A DNA stretch of 64,000 bases from an uncultured delta proteobacterium (GCA_963790475.1 CAWBOS010000006.1:1-64000), one strand, 5' to 3'. Shown: positions 40,773 through 51,974, counted from the stretch's first letter. Numbers and translations are program-made. Notes: generated by a model not told the origin, from the sequence alone.

Positions 40773-41963
40773 TTAATCCAAAACTCCTTCCCTGACCGAC
40801 AGTGTCCCCAGGAAGACGGGTTCTCCTTTCTGGAACTGATAGAGGGTAATCGGGTAGAGAAGATGCCGCTTGGCCCCAAAAAGCTTGGAGCCGCCATATC
40901 GAAGCTTGCCAACCGGTGTGTCCCAGGTTTCTTTTTCCAAAGCCGCTGCGATTTTGAAAGGATCCAGACTCTGGGCTGTCTCGATGCCTTTCACCAGGGA
41001 AGTGGCCAGCCCGTAATTTGACCAGATAGTGGAATTCCATTCCTTTTCGCCCCACTTATCAAGATAGGCCTTATAGATTTTTTTCTGGATGTCAGTCTTG
41101 GGATCGAGGGGACCGGCTAAGGACATATAGGCCTTTTCAGCGTGGGGACCGGCCATTTTTTTTACTTGGGCCGGGTCAGGACCCCAGGCTAATAATATCG
41201 CTCCCTTGAAACCAAGCTCCCTGGCTTGCTTGCAGATAAGCGCGGAAGTCGTTGGATCGGTATAACTGGTATCAATCAGATCGGGCTTCTTGGAGATTAT
41301 CCTGGTGAGTAGAGAGGTAAGGTCTTTGGTCCCTCGTTCAAAGAACTCCTCGGCTATCACGGTGAAACCTTCTCTCTCGGCAGCGGCCTTTGAGGCCACC
41401 GTCCCGGATTTTCCTGAGGTGTCATTTGGATTAACGATGATCAGAGTCTTTATATTTTCTCTTTTCTTAAGAACGGGAAAGACAGAGGCGTACATGAGCT
41501 CGATGGAGGGGTTGTATATGAATACCAGAGGATTTTCCTTTTTGATCAAGGTATCCGCTCCACCGGCAAAATTAAGAGATAGAATATTGTTTTCCTTCAT
41601 CAGCGGGATGGCGGCCATGGTAGGGGCACCGCCCTGGATGGCTAAGAACTTACATTTATCTTCAAAAATGGCCCTGTTGGCAGCCTTGGCCGATTCAGCC
41701 GGGATGTATTTGTGGTCGTATACCATCACTTCCAGCTCATAAGCCTTCCCACCGATTTTGAACCCCCCTTTTTTATTTATCTCTTCCGCCTCCAGGATAA
41801 TGCTCCTGGAGTTTGGGATGCCCCAGGGGGCTGCCGGTCCGCTTAAGGCGCAGAGAACGCCTAACCTGACCTTTTCCGCAGCCATCACCGGGCTGTGGAA
41901 GCCGGCTAAACTGATTAAAGCCGAAAGGATAAAAATTCCGCAAATCCAAAATTTTCTTTTCAT
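40773..41963 (-). CDS. Liv-type ABC transporter substrate-binding protein
   Basis: Signal peptide, LSGPAAPWG, IN.KGG, periplasmic binding protein type 1 pattern. Confidence 0.9.
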   Translation of the reverse strand: MKRKFWICGIFILSALISLAGFHSPVMAAEKVRLGVLCALSGPAAPWGIPNSRSIILEAEEINKKGGFKIGGKAYELEVMVYDHKYIPAESAKAANRAIFEDKCKFLAIQGGAPTMAAIPLMKENNILSLNFAGGADTLIKKENPLVFIYNPSIELMYASVFPVLKKRENIKTLIIVNPNDTSGKSGTVASKAAAEREGFTVIAEEFFERGTKDLTSLLTRIISKKPDLIDTSYTDPTTSALICKQARELGFKGAILLAWGPDPAQVKKMAGPHAEKAYMSLAGPLDPKTDIQKKIYKAYLDKWGEKEWNSTIWSNYGLATSLVKGIETAQSLDPFKIAAALEKETWDTPVGKLRYGGSKLFGAKRHLLYPITLYQFQKGEPVFLGTLSVREGVLD

Positions 41964-42047
41964 AAAACACCCTCCTTTTAGTAAGAAATAAAGTTACAGG
42001 TTATTAGGTTACGGGTTCATAAAACATTTTCAAAAACCTTGTACCCA

Positions 42048-43700
42048 TCATTCATCCCGTAAAAGCCTTCTAAGGACCTTGCCCGCACCGGTGGTCGGCA
42101 GTTGATCCCTGAATTCGACCGTCCGGGGATACTTATAAGCGGCCATGTTCTCCTTGGACCAGGCTATGATTTCCTCGGGTGTGACTTGTCCCTTATATTC
42201 GGGCTTAAGCACGATAAAGGCCTTGACACTCTCGCCCCGGGAGGGATCGGGAATACCGATAACGGCCGCCTGGGCCACGGCCGGGTGACTGATCAGCATC
42301 ACTTCCACGTCTTCAGGAAAGACGCTGTATCCGGAACACTTGATCATCTCCTTGATACGCCCCATGAAATAGAGGTAGCCGTCCCGGTCCAGCCGTCCGA
42401 TGTCACCCGTATAAACCCAACCGTTCCTCAGCGTGGCCGCCGTACCTTCCGGGTTGTTTAAATAGCCCTTGAAAACCCCCGGATTACGGATAACGATTTC
42501 TCCCTGCTCCTCCACCGGTCGCTCCAGGCCGGTGACCGGATCGACAATCCGGACGTCTGTTTCAAAAGACGGGATTCCGGTGGCTCCGAATCTGATTTTG
42601 TCCGGCGGCATAAACACATCACAGGTATGGGTCTCGCTCAACCCATAGCCGGACTCGACAACCGGGGCGCCCCCGACGAAATTCCGCCACCGGGCGGCGA
42701 TCTCTTCGGTCAGAGCTATGCCGAAACTGGTGCAGTTGGTTTGCCTTAACGAACGAATCTCAAATTTCTTGGCTTCCGGGTGGTTCATCATGGCTATCAG
42801 CATAGGGGTTACCGCATAGAGCCAGGTGCAGCGAAACCGGTCGATGGCGGCCAAGGCCACGTCCGGTTCGAAGCGGGTCAACAATACTACGGCGGCGCCG
42901 GAATAGACGGGCATGCCCACGCCCAGGACGTTTCCGGCGATATGGCAGAGAGGCATCACCGACAAGAGGATATCTTCCCTTTCGATTCGGTTAAAAGTCG
43001 AAGCAGCGGCCACTTTGAATAAGGCGTTGCCGTAGGTCAACATCGCCCCCTTGGGGCGACCGGTTGTCCCGGAGGTATAAACGATCATAGCCACATCTTC
43101 CCAAATGTCTATTCTGGGTTTGGGAAATTCGGGGAAACGGTTTTCCAGAATGTCCATCAACTTATGGGTCCGGACAAAAGAGCGCTTCTCCTTTTGGAGT
43201 TCTTCCGGAAGGCGAAGCGGAGAATCTGCTGAAGCCAGATCCTGATAGTTGGTGATCACCACTTCTTTGAAGCCGGTCCGATCTCTGACTTTTTCCAGGG
43301 TGGGATACAGATCGTCGGTGGTCACCATGACGCTGGCCCCGACATCATTGGCCTCGTATTCCAGTTCCATCTCTTTAAACATGGGATTGGCCGGAACGAC
43401 AATAGCCCCCAGTTTTTGGGTCCCGTGGTGAGCGATCAGATACTGGGGGCAGTTTTGCATAAACAGCATGACCTTATCCCCTTTGCCGATTCCTTTAGAG
43501 CTTAGAAACCCGGCAAAACAATCGGAATAACGATCCAGTTCGGACCAGGTCATTGCTCTTCCATAATAAATATAAGCGGCTTGGTCCGGCATCTCTCTGG
43601 CGTTTTGTCTCAGATATTCGAAAAGCGGCTTTGGTCCCAAACGATAAATAAGTTCAGTCGGAACCCCGGCCGGCCAGCTTTTCATCCAGATTCGTTCCAT
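42048..43700 (-). CDS. Long-chain fatty-acid--CoA ligase family protein
   Basis: YTSGTTGRPKG, YGLSET, YTGD, AAYKYPR, GKVLRR. Confidence 0.92.
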   Translation of the reverse strand: MERIWMKSWPAGVPTELIYRLGPKPLFEYLRQNAREMPDQAAYIYYGRAMTWSELDRYSDCFAGFLSSKGIGKGDKVMLFMQNCPQYLIAHHGTQKLGAIVVPANPMFKEMELEYEANDVGASVMVTTDDLYPTLEKVRDRTGFKEVVITNYQDLASADSPLRLPEELQKEKRSFVRTHKLMDILENRFPEFPKPRIDIWEDVAMIVYTSGTTGRPKGAMLTYGNALFKVAAASTFNRIEREDILLSVMPLCHIAGNVLGVGMPVYSGAAVVLLTRFEPDVALAAIDRFRCTWLYAVTPMLIAMMNHPEAKKFEIRSLRQTNCTSFGIALTEEIAARWRNFVGGAPVVESGYGLSETHTCDVFMPPDKIRFGATGIPSFETDVRIVDPVTGLERPVEEQGEIVIRNPGVFKGYLNNPEGTAATLRNGWVYTGDIGRLDRDGYLYFMGRIKEMIKCSGYSVFPEDVEVMLISHPAVAQAAVIGIPDPSRGESVKAFIVLKPEYKGQVTPEEIIAWSKENMAAYKYPRTVEFRDQLPTTGAGKVLRRLLRDE

Positions 43701-43858
43701 TAATCAAACCTCCTGACCCTGGGTAAGAAAATAACTTTTGGAAAATGGGTTTAGGGTGTTAAGACGCATTGCCCAATGCCTAAGACTTCTCCCTTGAGCG
43801 ATGACCCGCGGAACTCCGGGAGGCTTGGTTTGATTTCGTATTTCCTCATAGGCATAAA

Positions 43859-43988
43859 TTGATAATCTCGCAAAAAGTCAAAATCAACAGCCGTGAGTCT
43901 TTCCGGCGAAAGCCGGAATCCAGGAATATGAATCAATTCTGGACCCCGGGATTCGCCAGGGGTGACGACTTTATTAGAGGTTTATCAA
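43859..43988. repeat. Palindromic REP/MITE-like element
   Basis: TTCCGGCGAAAGCCGGAATCCAG..CTGGACCCCGG..CCAGGGGTGAC core inside TTGATAA..TTATCAA arms. Confidence 0.65.
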
Positions 43989-43990
43989 AA

Positions 43991-44701
43991 TCACCCTCCC
44001 AAATAGGTCCTTTTGACGTGCTCGTTTTCCAACAGCTCCTGACAATCGCCTTCCAGGGCAATTTTACCTACTTCCAAGACGTATCCCTTCCGGGCCACCC
44101 CCAGCCCGAGTTTGGAATTTTGTTCGACCAAAAGGATGGTAACCTTACGCAGGTTAATCTCTCTGATCAAGCGGCCGATCTCTTTGACCACCAAAGGGGC
44201 CAGACCCAGAGAGGGTTCATCCAGTAAAAGAAGTCTGGGACTGGCCATCAAGGCCCTCCCGATGGCCAGCATCATCTGTTCGCCGCCGCTCAGGGTACCG
44301 GCATATTGTTTTTGACGGTTCTTCAGGATTGGGAAGTGGTTGAAAATTTCATCCAATTCCTCCTGAATTTCAGATTTGTTTTTTCGAAGGAAAGCCCCCA
44401 TTTCCAAATTTTCCAAAACAGTCATATGGGGGAACAAACGCCGTCCCTCCATGGTATAGGCGATTCTCAGTTTGGCGATCTCCAGGGGGGAAAAATGGTC
44501 GATCCGCTGCCCGTCAAAATAAATCTCACCCTCGGTCACCTTTTTCAGACCGAAGATGGCCTTTAACATGGTGGTTTTCCCTGCTCCATTGGCCCCGATA
44601 AGGGAGACGACGGAACCCTCTTCAACGTTGATAGAGACCCCTTTCAACGCCTCCACCTGATCGTAGTGCACTCGAATATTACGAATATCCAGCAAGATCA
44701 T
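43991..44701 (-). CDS. livF: Branched-chain amino acid-type ABC ATPase
   Basis: GANGAGKTT, LSGGEQ, LDEPSLGLAP, VEQN. Confidence 0.92.
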   Translation of the reverse strand: MILLDIRNIRVHYDQVEALKGVSINVEEGSVVSLIGANGAGKTTMLKAIFGLKKVTEGEIYFDGQRIDHFSPLEIAKLRIAYTMEGRRLFPHMTVLENLEMGAFLRKNKSEIQEELDEIFNHFPILKNRQKQYAGTLSGGEQMMLAIGRALMASPRLLLLDEPSLGLAPLVVKEIGRLIREINLRKVTILLVEQNSKLGLGVARKGYVLEVGKIALEGDCQELLENEHVKRTYLGG

Positions 44702-45480
44702 TATTCTTCCGCTCCTAAATAAGCCTCTATCACATCCGGATGGGCCTGTATTTCCTCAGGAGTGCCCTGGGCGATTTTAATTCCGAAATTGAGTACGGCT
44801 ATCCGGTGACAAAGTTCCATGATAACCTTCATGTCATGCTCTACGATCAGGACGGTGACCCCTTTCTGATTAATGCGCCAGATAAGCCCCTTCATGGAAC
44901 GTTTTTCTTCCGCGTTCATACCGGACACCGGTTCATCCAGCATCAGAAGTTCCGGTTCTGCGGCCAGGGCGATACAGACCCCCAGGATGCGCTGGTGCCC
45001 GTGGGCCAGATTGAAGGCGAGCTCGTTGTTTAGTTTTTCCAGACCGCTGAATTGTATCAACTCGAATGCCTTTTTCTGAACCGTCTCCCGCTGGCGACGA
45101 ATGGCGGCATGGTCGATTAAGTCCCCCAGGAAACCTATACCCCTATGCAGATGGCAACCCATCAAAACATTCTCCATCACCGTAAAGTCCTTGAAGAGGA
45201 CATTGCCTTGAAAGGTTCTGACCAGCCCTTTTTTGGCGATGCGGTTTGGTTTCAGCCCGGTTATATCCGCTTCTTTGAATACCACCGAGCCGCGGGTGGG
45301 TTTAAGCATTCCGCTGATCAAATTAAAGACCGTGGTCTTGCCTGCGCCGTTCGGACCGATCAAACCGAGGATTTCCCCCTTTTTTACGGCCAAATCCAGT
45401 TCTTCTACCGCTGCAAGACCGCCGAAATATTTGGTCAGATGGATCAGCTCCAGAATATTTCTGTGGTTGCTTATGCTCAA
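44701..45480 (-). CDS. livG: Branched-chain amino acid-type ABC ATPase
   Basis: FGGL.A, GPNGAGKTT, RTFQ, VEHDM, VIEAYLG. Confidence 0.92.
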   Translation of the reverse strand: MSISNHRNILELIHLTKYFGGLAAVEELDLAVKKGEILGLIGPNGAGKTTVFNLISGMLKPTRGSVVFKEADITGLKPNRIAKKGLVRTFQGNVLFKDFTVMENVLMGCHLHRGIGFLGDLIDHAAIRRQRETVQKKAFELIQFSGLEKLNNELAFNLAHGHQRILGVCIALAAEPELLMLDEPVSGMNAEEKRSMKGLIWRINQKGVTVLIVEHDMKVIMELCHRIAVLNFGIKIAQGTPEEIQAHPDVIEAYLGAEE

Positions 45481-45483
45481 AGT

Positions 45484-46449
45484 CTACTCCTTGCGAAACT
45501 GGGAACGAATTTTCTCCGGCAGAGTAATCAGACCGCCGGGCACAAAAAGCAGGACCAGAATAAGAATCATACCAACGAAAATAGGCATGTATTGTTTCAG
45601 GGGTCTTAAGAGTTCATCCAGGCCTAATAAGACCAGACAGCCGACGATTGGACCCAGCACGGTCTGGGTTCCCCCGATGACCGCATACATCAGCATATAA
45701 AGGGAGTTCAGCCAGGTGAAATCATCAGGATTGGCATAAGTGAAATAATGGGCCCACAAGGACCCGGCCAAGCCGGCGAAAAAGGACCCGATCACAAAGG
45801 CCATCAATTTATAACGGATGACCGGCACCCCGATGGATTCGGCCAGCTGACCCGACTGGGGAATGGAGCGAAGGGTCATACCGAACCGAGAGTTATCCAA
45901 ACGGCGCAGAATGACCACACTAATGAGCAGGACGGCTATGGTCAGATAATAAAACGGGGCCTTGGAGGTGAAGCTGATCTGGAGCCCGGCCAGTTGAATG
46001 GCCGCTGGGCGGGGGATGTCCATAAGTCCTTGCGGACCGCCAAATACGGAATCCCACATCATCCAGATATGCCGGAAGACTTCCGTGATGGCAAAGGTGA
46101 TCATCACAAAATAGGCCCCCTTGATCCTTAATATAGGATAACCCATGGACACGGCCAGAAGGGCCACGGCCACCCCGGAAAAAGGCAGGCAAAGCCAGAA
46201 GCTTAATTTGAGTTTCATAGCCATCAAGGCCGAGAGGTAGGCCCCCATGCCCATAAAACTGGCCTGGGCCGCATTGAGGTGACCTGTCAGCAGGACCACC
46301 CGTATGCCCAGCGTAAGGATGCTCCAGGTGAAAATAGTAATGCCCACATGGAGGAGATAAGGGTCCTTGACAAAAACGGGAAGCAACAACCCGAGAATAA
46401 AAAAAAGGCCGAGGAGGGTATCGGTCCAGGAAAGACGTTTATTCTTCAT
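45484..46449 (-). CDS. livM: Branched-chain amino acid-type ABC permease
   Basis: LRIKGAYF, GG.QG, SRFG..L, AGLAGSL. Confidence 0.9.
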   Translation of the reverse strand: MKNKRLSWTDTLLGLFFILGLLLPVFVKDPYLLHVGITIFTWSILTLGIRVVLLTGHLNAAQASFMGMGAYLSALMAMKLKLSFWLCLPFSGVAVALLAVSMGYPILRIKGAYFVMITFAITEVFRHIWMMWDSVFGGPQGLMDIPRPAAIQLAGLQISFTSKAPFYYLTIAVLLISVVILRRLDNSRFGMTLRSIPQSGQLAESIGVPVIRYKLMAFVIGSFFAGLAGSLWAHYFTYANPDDFTWLNSLYMLMYAVIGGTQTVLGPIVGCLVLLGLDELLRPLKQYMPIFVGMILILVLLFVPGGLITLPEKIRSQFRKE

Positions 46450-47321
46450 GACCGAACATCCCCGTGGGTTTGTATAGCAAAACACCGATCAACAGCAGGA
46501 ATACGGCCAAAATGGCCGCATGAGATCCTACATAGGTTCCAATAAAACTTTCGGTCATTCCGACGATGAACCCGCCGATGACTGCTCCGAATAAACTCCC
46601 CATACCACCCAGTATGACCACCACGAAGGCTTTCATAATAGGTTCCACTCCCATATAAGGATTAACATAATAGATCGGCCCGACCAGAGCCCCGCCGACG
46701 GGCCGCCAGGGCGCAGCCTATGCCCATGGCCAGAGAAAAAACCACCCTGGTATCTATGCCCTGCACCAGAGCGGCCTCTGAATCCTGGGCTACCGCCCGC
46801 ATGGCTTTGCCCAATTTGGTCTTATAGACCCACAAGTACATGGCCAGTATGAAAATTATACCGCAGATGATAGCCGCCAGCCGTTCCCCTGAAATAGAAA
46901 TAGAGCCGAGAGAGAGATATCCACTGAAGGGTGACCCGAAGGCCTTGTCGGTAACCCCAAAAGTGACCAAAGCCGAGGCCTGCAGGATAAGCATCAACCC
47001 GAAGGCTACAATCATAACGGCTTCCAGATTTCCCCGAAATCGACGGAAGATGAATTTTTCGACAATAATTCCTAAAAAGGCCACCAACACAAAGGTCAGC
47101 ACAATTGATAAAAGATATTGGACCGTGGGAGGGCCGAATAGAGGAATGATCTTCTGGTCAAAAAAAAGCCAGGCCCCGAACCCGCCCAGCATATAAAACT
47201 CACCGTGGGCGAAATTAACGATATGCATGATGCCGAAGATCAGGCACAGGCCGGTAGCTACCAGGATCAGTATCAGTGATCCCATAATGCCGTTAGCCAG
47301 GGTTTGGACCAGTATGTCCAT
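46439..47321 (-). CDS. livH: Branched-chain amino acid-type ABC permease, frameshifted near 46690
   Basis: GL.LIFG...VNFAHGE, GKAMRAVAQD in ORF 46662..47321; KAFVVVILGGMGS..KPTG in ORF 46439..46654. Confidence 0.85.
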
Positions 47322-47453
47322 AGTTCTTTTACCTTTTCTTAGATGATGATCTGTCTTCGATGCCCACAGCGGGGAGGAAATAGGTTTGTTTGATAAACCG
47401 GACGGACCGGTGATATCTCCTTTTAAATACCCTCACCAATAAAAAAGCGGCCC

Positions 47454-47732
47454 TTATGATGCGACAACCTTATGGTCCGCATCTTGGAGGGCCATTTTAT
47501 AATACTCATTCAGCTCCAGGAAAAACACATGGTCCCGGATGCTCCGCAGAAAGTCCAATCCGTCCTGCCCGATATGATTGAGCCCTCCTAGATGTAGACA
47601 GACTTTATTACCGGTTTGCAAATACCGCTCGCACTCCTGGCGAAAAGCCGGGAGAGACTCCCTATCCAGCCGGCCTTCAACCTTCAACACAACGGTTTCC
47701 GCGTTGTTGAAATGTTCTTCAATCCGGATCAT
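47454..47732 (-). CDS. Small STAS-like domain protein
   Basis: LKVEGRL..V.LHL.GL.HI..DG..FL. Confidence 0.7.
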   Translation of the reverse strand: MIRIEEHFNNAETVVLKVEGRLDRESLPAFRQECERYLQTGNKVCLHLGGLNHIGQDGLDFLRSIRDHVFFLELNEYYKMALQDADHKVVAS

Positions 47733-47747
47733 GATTCAATCTAAATA

Positions 47748-47763
47748 AGCAAGGAATGGACCA
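47748..47763 (-). promoter_or_regulatory. Sigma54 promoter for the STAS/liv operon
   Basis: TGGTCC-ATTCC-TTGCT on the minus strand. Confidence 0.65.
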
Positions 47764-47837
47764 AATGGAATTTAAAAAAAAACTTATTGATATCACAATA
47801 TTTTTTTAGGAACTCCGGCATCGGATTGAAATATTAG

Positions 47838-47869
47838 ACGAAATATCGTTTTAGCAACTAAATATCGTT
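47838..47869. promoter_or_regulatory. Tandem dyads, putative enhancer sites
   Basis: ACGAAATATCGT and ACTAAATATCGT 19 bp apart, ~80-105 bp upstream of the sigma54 site. Confidence 0.5.
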
Positions 47870-47955
47870 GAATGTTAAGTTGACAAGATTTTCTTATTTT
47901 TCTATTATTGTTTCAAAGAGTCAATGTTGAGAGATACAGAAGACGAGAGGATCCT

Positions 47956-50900
47956 ATGGCGCAAAAAGAGATCAAATTGGACAAGTTTATCTCAGACGAC
48001 CAAAGGATCTTTGCTCTGGCCGCCCTGTTTAAGGGAGATTTTTCAATCGATTGGCTCCAGGAGATTTCCCAAGAAAAACCTTCCCGTATCCTTCAAGCCC
48101 TTGATCTTGGCCTGAAGGCCAAGTGGCTCACTTGTGCCGGGCCGGGATTGTTTCAATTTACCGATCCTCAAAAACAGCAGGACCTGCTGGCAACCCTTCC
48201 ACCGGAGGAAAGGGAGGCGCTTTTTCAACACACAGTACGGATTCTAAACCGGGAGCTTCCTAACGACGATCAAAGGGATCGTCTGGCGGGACAGCTTTTT
48301 CTAAACCGGACCAACGACCTGGGTGATTGTCGGCGTCTAATCGAAGAAGGTAATCATTTCAGGAGGCAGTTCCATCACCAGGAGGCCTTAAGATATTATG
48401 AAAAGGCCATCAACGATCTCAAAGATCTGAAGGGTGAATCAGCCGCCCGTCTCCTGATTGAAACCACCCTCCAGTATTCCAAGATCTCAACGGCGACCCT
48501 TGATGCCGGCCTGGTTAACGCGACGATTCTTAAGGCGATCAAACGGGCAGAGGCTCAAAATCTTCAATCTTCACAAGCCCTTCTAAAAATGCACCTGGCC
48601 AAGCATGAATGGCTCCGGTCCAATTTCCAGACCGCCTTGAAGCATTTCGATGAAGGCTGGACTTTGGCCCAACAGATCGATGATCCCGGTCTTCATCGTT
48701 CGGCCGTTATTTTCAGCATGTTTTTTCATTATTGGCAAGGCCGGTTTCAAGATGCGGTAGATAGTTACGAAAGATATCTCCCGGAGATCGACGACGTTCC
48801 CAAGGGTGGTTTTCCTCTCCTGGCCCGTTTGACGATCGGGAACTGTTACGGGCACTGCGGGCAAATCTCTCAGGGGATGGGGATGTTGGATGCCATCCGC
48901 AGCCACTGCCTGGAATTGGGCAATATAGGAGTTGCCGGTCATGCTTCGACAGGGATCGGCCTGATGTTTTCCGAAATCGGACACTATGCCAAGGCCTTTA
49001 CCTACTTTGAAAAAGCACTGACAGAGACCATAGAAGGCCAAAATTATTATGGAAGACTGGCCGCTTTGCTCGGGTTGGCCCAAATGTCCGATAAGATCAA
49101 TAATCCTAAAAGGGCACTTTCCTTTCTTAATGAATTTCTGAAATTGAGTCATTCGGCCCAGATTTATTTCAGAAACATGCCGATTGTCATGGACCTGTGC
49201 TGGTCCATGGAGCAGGATCTGCTGCCGCGGATCAATGGCCTGTCGCTTAATAAAGAGATTGCCATTGCCCTTAAGAACCAGAATATTTACATGCGGGGCA
49301 TGGGTTATCGCTACCGGGCACTTGTCCAGAAGCGTGAAGGTCGGCCTTCTCCGGATATCATCCAAAACCTGACCATGGCCGTTAAATGGCTGGAGATAAC
49401 CGGACACCAGATCGACCTGGCCAAGGTAAGGCTTGATCTGGCCCGTGAATATTTGCATAACGGGAAGGAGGATCGAGCCCAGGATATAGCCGGTCCATCG
49501 GCCCGATTGCTTTTCTCTCTCAATGAGGCCTTGATTCCGGACGATTTATGTAGCCTGGTTGAAGGCTTTCGCGACAGGAAAAACCTCCTCAACGAGATTT
49601 TGAAACTGGGGCAGGAGATGGTCACCATTCGAGATAACCGCGAGGTCGCCGTTCGCATTGTTTCTGCGGCCAACAGCGTCACCGGAGCCGAGCGTGGTGC
49701 CATGTTTCTGGTTGATGAATCGGAAAAGAGCCTGACCTTGAGGGCGGCCAAGAACCTGACCATGGAAAATATGACTTCACCCGATTTTGCCGAACCCATG
49801 AACATTATCGAGCAAACCTTCCGGTCGGGGCGTGGCCTTGTCCTGGACCTCGAATCCAGCCGGAACGATGTCCCAAACCAGAAGGCCATCCGGTCCTGCA
49901 TCTGCGTCCCCATGACCCTCAGAAATAAGGTGGTCGGTGTACTTTACCACGATAACCGTTTTTTTCAGAGTGCCTTCCAAGAGAAAGATTTGGAGATTCT
50001 CGGCTATTTTGCCGCCCAGGCAGCCATCGCTATGGAAAATGCCCAGGCCTATGAAATCCTCCAAAAGACGGTCCAAAAACAAAAAGAAGAGAAGGAATAT
50101 TTTGAAGAGCAATATCTGGAAAGTTTGAACTTTGAGGATATGGTCGGCAAGAGTCAAGCTATCCGCCAGGTTTTCTCCCAACTGGACTCCGTGGCCAGCA
50201 CAGAGGCCACGGTCCTTATCTTAGGGGAAACCGGGGTCGGCAAGGAGCTGGTCGCCAGGGCCATCCACCATAATAGTCCCCGTCGGGAGGGCCCTTTCGT
50301 CCGCGTCAACTGCAGCTCTTTTACAGAGCACCTTATTACCGGCGAGCTTTTTGGCCACGAAAAAGGGGCCTTTACCGGGGCGATTCAAAAGCGGATCGGT
50401 CGTTTCGAGTTGGCCCATACCGGGACTATTTTCCTGGACGAGATCGGAGACATCCCTTTGAATGTCCAGGTGCGGCTCCTCCGCGTGCTCCAAAGTAAAG
50501 AATTTGAACGCGTCGGCGGCCAGGAAACCATAACGTCGGATTTCAGACTTATGGCAGCTACCAACCGGGATCTGCAAAAGGAAGTCACCTGCGGTCGGTT
50601 CAGGGAAGACCTTTTCTACCGTTTAAATGTCTTTCCTCTTCGGGTGCCCCCCCTCAGGGAGCGCCGGGACGATATACCTTTGCTGGCCTATCATTTTCTT
50701 TACGCCTATGCCAAAAAACTTAACAAAAAAATAGAAAAAATACCGGAACCCGAAATACGAAAGCTCATGGAATATGACTGGCCGGGGAATGTGCGTGAAT
50801 TGGAAAACATCATCGAGAGAGGAGTCATCCTGGCCAAGGGGCCCTACTACCTTGTGCCGGACACCGGATTTAATTCACTTTCCACCTCGAATTCCGCGAA

Positions 50901-51075
50901 AAATCTCAGCCTGGAAGAAATCGAGCGAGCCCACATCCTCAGCGTACTGGACATGACCGGGAGAAAAGTGCGAGGAAGGAACGGTGCCGCGGCCGTATTA
51001 CATATTCATCCCAACACACTGTACTCCCGTATGAAAAAACTGGGCATCTCCAATTTAAATAAACCTGAAAAATAG
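47956..51075 (+). CDS. Sigma54-dependent activator with TPR-like region, GAF, AAA+ and HTH
   Basis: GETGVGKE, ELFGHEKGAFTGA, FLDEIG, WPGNVREL, C-terminal HTH; ATG at 47956 after GAGG. Confidence 0.92.
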   Translation: MAQKEIKLDKFISDDQRIFALAALFKGDFSIDWLQEISQEKPSRILQALDLGLKAKWLTCAGPGLFQFTDPQKQQDLLATLPPEEREALFQHTVRILNRELPNDDQRDRLAGQLFLNRTNDLGDCRRLIEEGNHFRRQFHHQEALRYYEKAINDLKDLKGESAARLLIETTLQYSKISTATLDAGLVNATILKAIKRAEAQNLQSSQALLKMHLAKHEWLRSNFQTALKHFDEGWTLAQQIDDPGLHRSAVIFSMFFHYWQGRFQDAVDSYERYLPEIDDVPKGGFPLLARLTIGNCYGHCGQISQGMGMLDAIRSHCLELGNIGVAGHASTGIGLMFSEIGHYAKAFTYFEKALTETIEGQNYYGRLAALLGLAQMSDKINNPKRALSFLNEFLKLSHSAQIYFRNMPIVMDLCWSMEQDLLPRINGLSLNKEIAIALKNQNIYMRGMGYRYRALVQKREGRPSPDIIQNLTMAVKWLEITGHQIDLAKVRLDLAREYLHNGKEDRAQDIAGPSARLLFSLNEALIPDDLCSLVEGFRDRKNLLNEILKLGQEMVTIRDNREVAVRIVSAANSVTGAERGAMFLVDESEKSLTLRAAKNLTMENMTSPDFAEPMNIIEQTFRSGRGLVLDLESSRNDVPNQKAIRSCICVPMTLRNKVVGVLYHDNRFFQSAFQEKDLEILGYFAAQAAIAMENAQAYEILQKTVQKQKEEKEYFEEQYLESLNFEDMVGKSQAIRQVFSQLDSVASTEATVLILGETGVGKELVARAIHHNSPRREGPFVRVNCSSFTEHLITGELFGHEKGAFTGAIQKRIGRFELAHTGTIFLDEIGDIPLNVQVRLLRVLQSKEFERVGGQETITSDFRLMAATNRDLQKEVTCGRFREDLFYRLNVFPLRVPPLRERRDDIPLLAYHFLYAYAKKLNKKIEKIPEPEIRKLMEYDWPGNVRELENIIERGVILAKGPYYLVPDTGFNSLSTSNSAKNLSLEEIERAHILSVLDMTGRKVRGRNGAAAVLHIHPNTLYSRMKKLGISNLNKPEK

Positions 51076-51289
51076 CCGTTGGGTCCTGCTTTCCATTTTT
51101 CCCCCGGGCTCCCATTTCTAAGTTGTTTTATGCCCTAAATAGACCGCAACAGGAACACCGGCCATGAAGTCGGTTCGGACGCCAAGGGTTCCCGGCCCGG
51201 CAGACCATCTTTCATGATTCCCGATACCCATGCTACGAAGATATTTGGAGTCGGTTTTCCGGCAGGCATGAAGATATCTCCGGCGATAG

Positions 51290-51638
51290 TAAAGAGTCGG
51301 AACTGGAAAAAGATTTTTCGAAAAAGAATACTTTGAAAAACCTTCGATTTAAAGACGACCCATTGTCTTTTCTATTAATTTTTTGTGATACCACCCAAGA
51401 ATGGGGCCGAGTGGGGCGTGCTTATGAAGAAACGGAGGCTAGATTGGACGATGTTGGCGTTTCGGATGGCCTTGTTTGGGTTAATATCTCAATAAGAAAT
51501 GAAACGGCTTTCATAGAGAAAAAGAATGAAATAGACAGGATAAAAAAGTTTCTTTTAGATAATCGATTTAAGATAAAATTGAGTTCACGTGAAGGATTAG
51601 GCACAAATATAATAGAAAGGGATATGGAAGGGAGATAA
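51290..51638 (+). pseudogene. C-terminal fragment of a probable HD-superfamily protein
   Basis: F..DPLSFLLIFCD..QEWGR motif; AT-rich; no convincing start. Confidence 0.35.
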
Positions 51639-51974
51639 CTATTTAATATTGTGCGATAAAAAGTTTTTTATGGAAAGGAGAAAATAAAAAGGATAGGACC
51701 AAGCAGTAAGATTGGAGGACAGGATTGAAAAAACTGGAGCTACCTAAGAAACGAAAATAAACCCATTCGTCGCGAAATTTTTTGTATATGGTCAGTTGGA
51801 ACAGTTCCAAGAATATCGGACTTGGACTTATGAAAGACGCCTCCAATGGCTCATGATGGGCAATCTGTTAAGAAAATCCCTTCCCCGTAAAACCATTAAA
51901 CTCCAAGATGCTTTTCGGGAGGGACGGGTTTAAATAAAAGTAAATCTTTCTTCCCCTGCCCCTTTAAAATCATC

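Noticed and set aside
47322-47453. RBS-like AAGGAG followed by coding-looking sequence between the STAS gene and livH
   Set aside because: No start codon or recognisable motif; may be another deletion scar but cannot be supported
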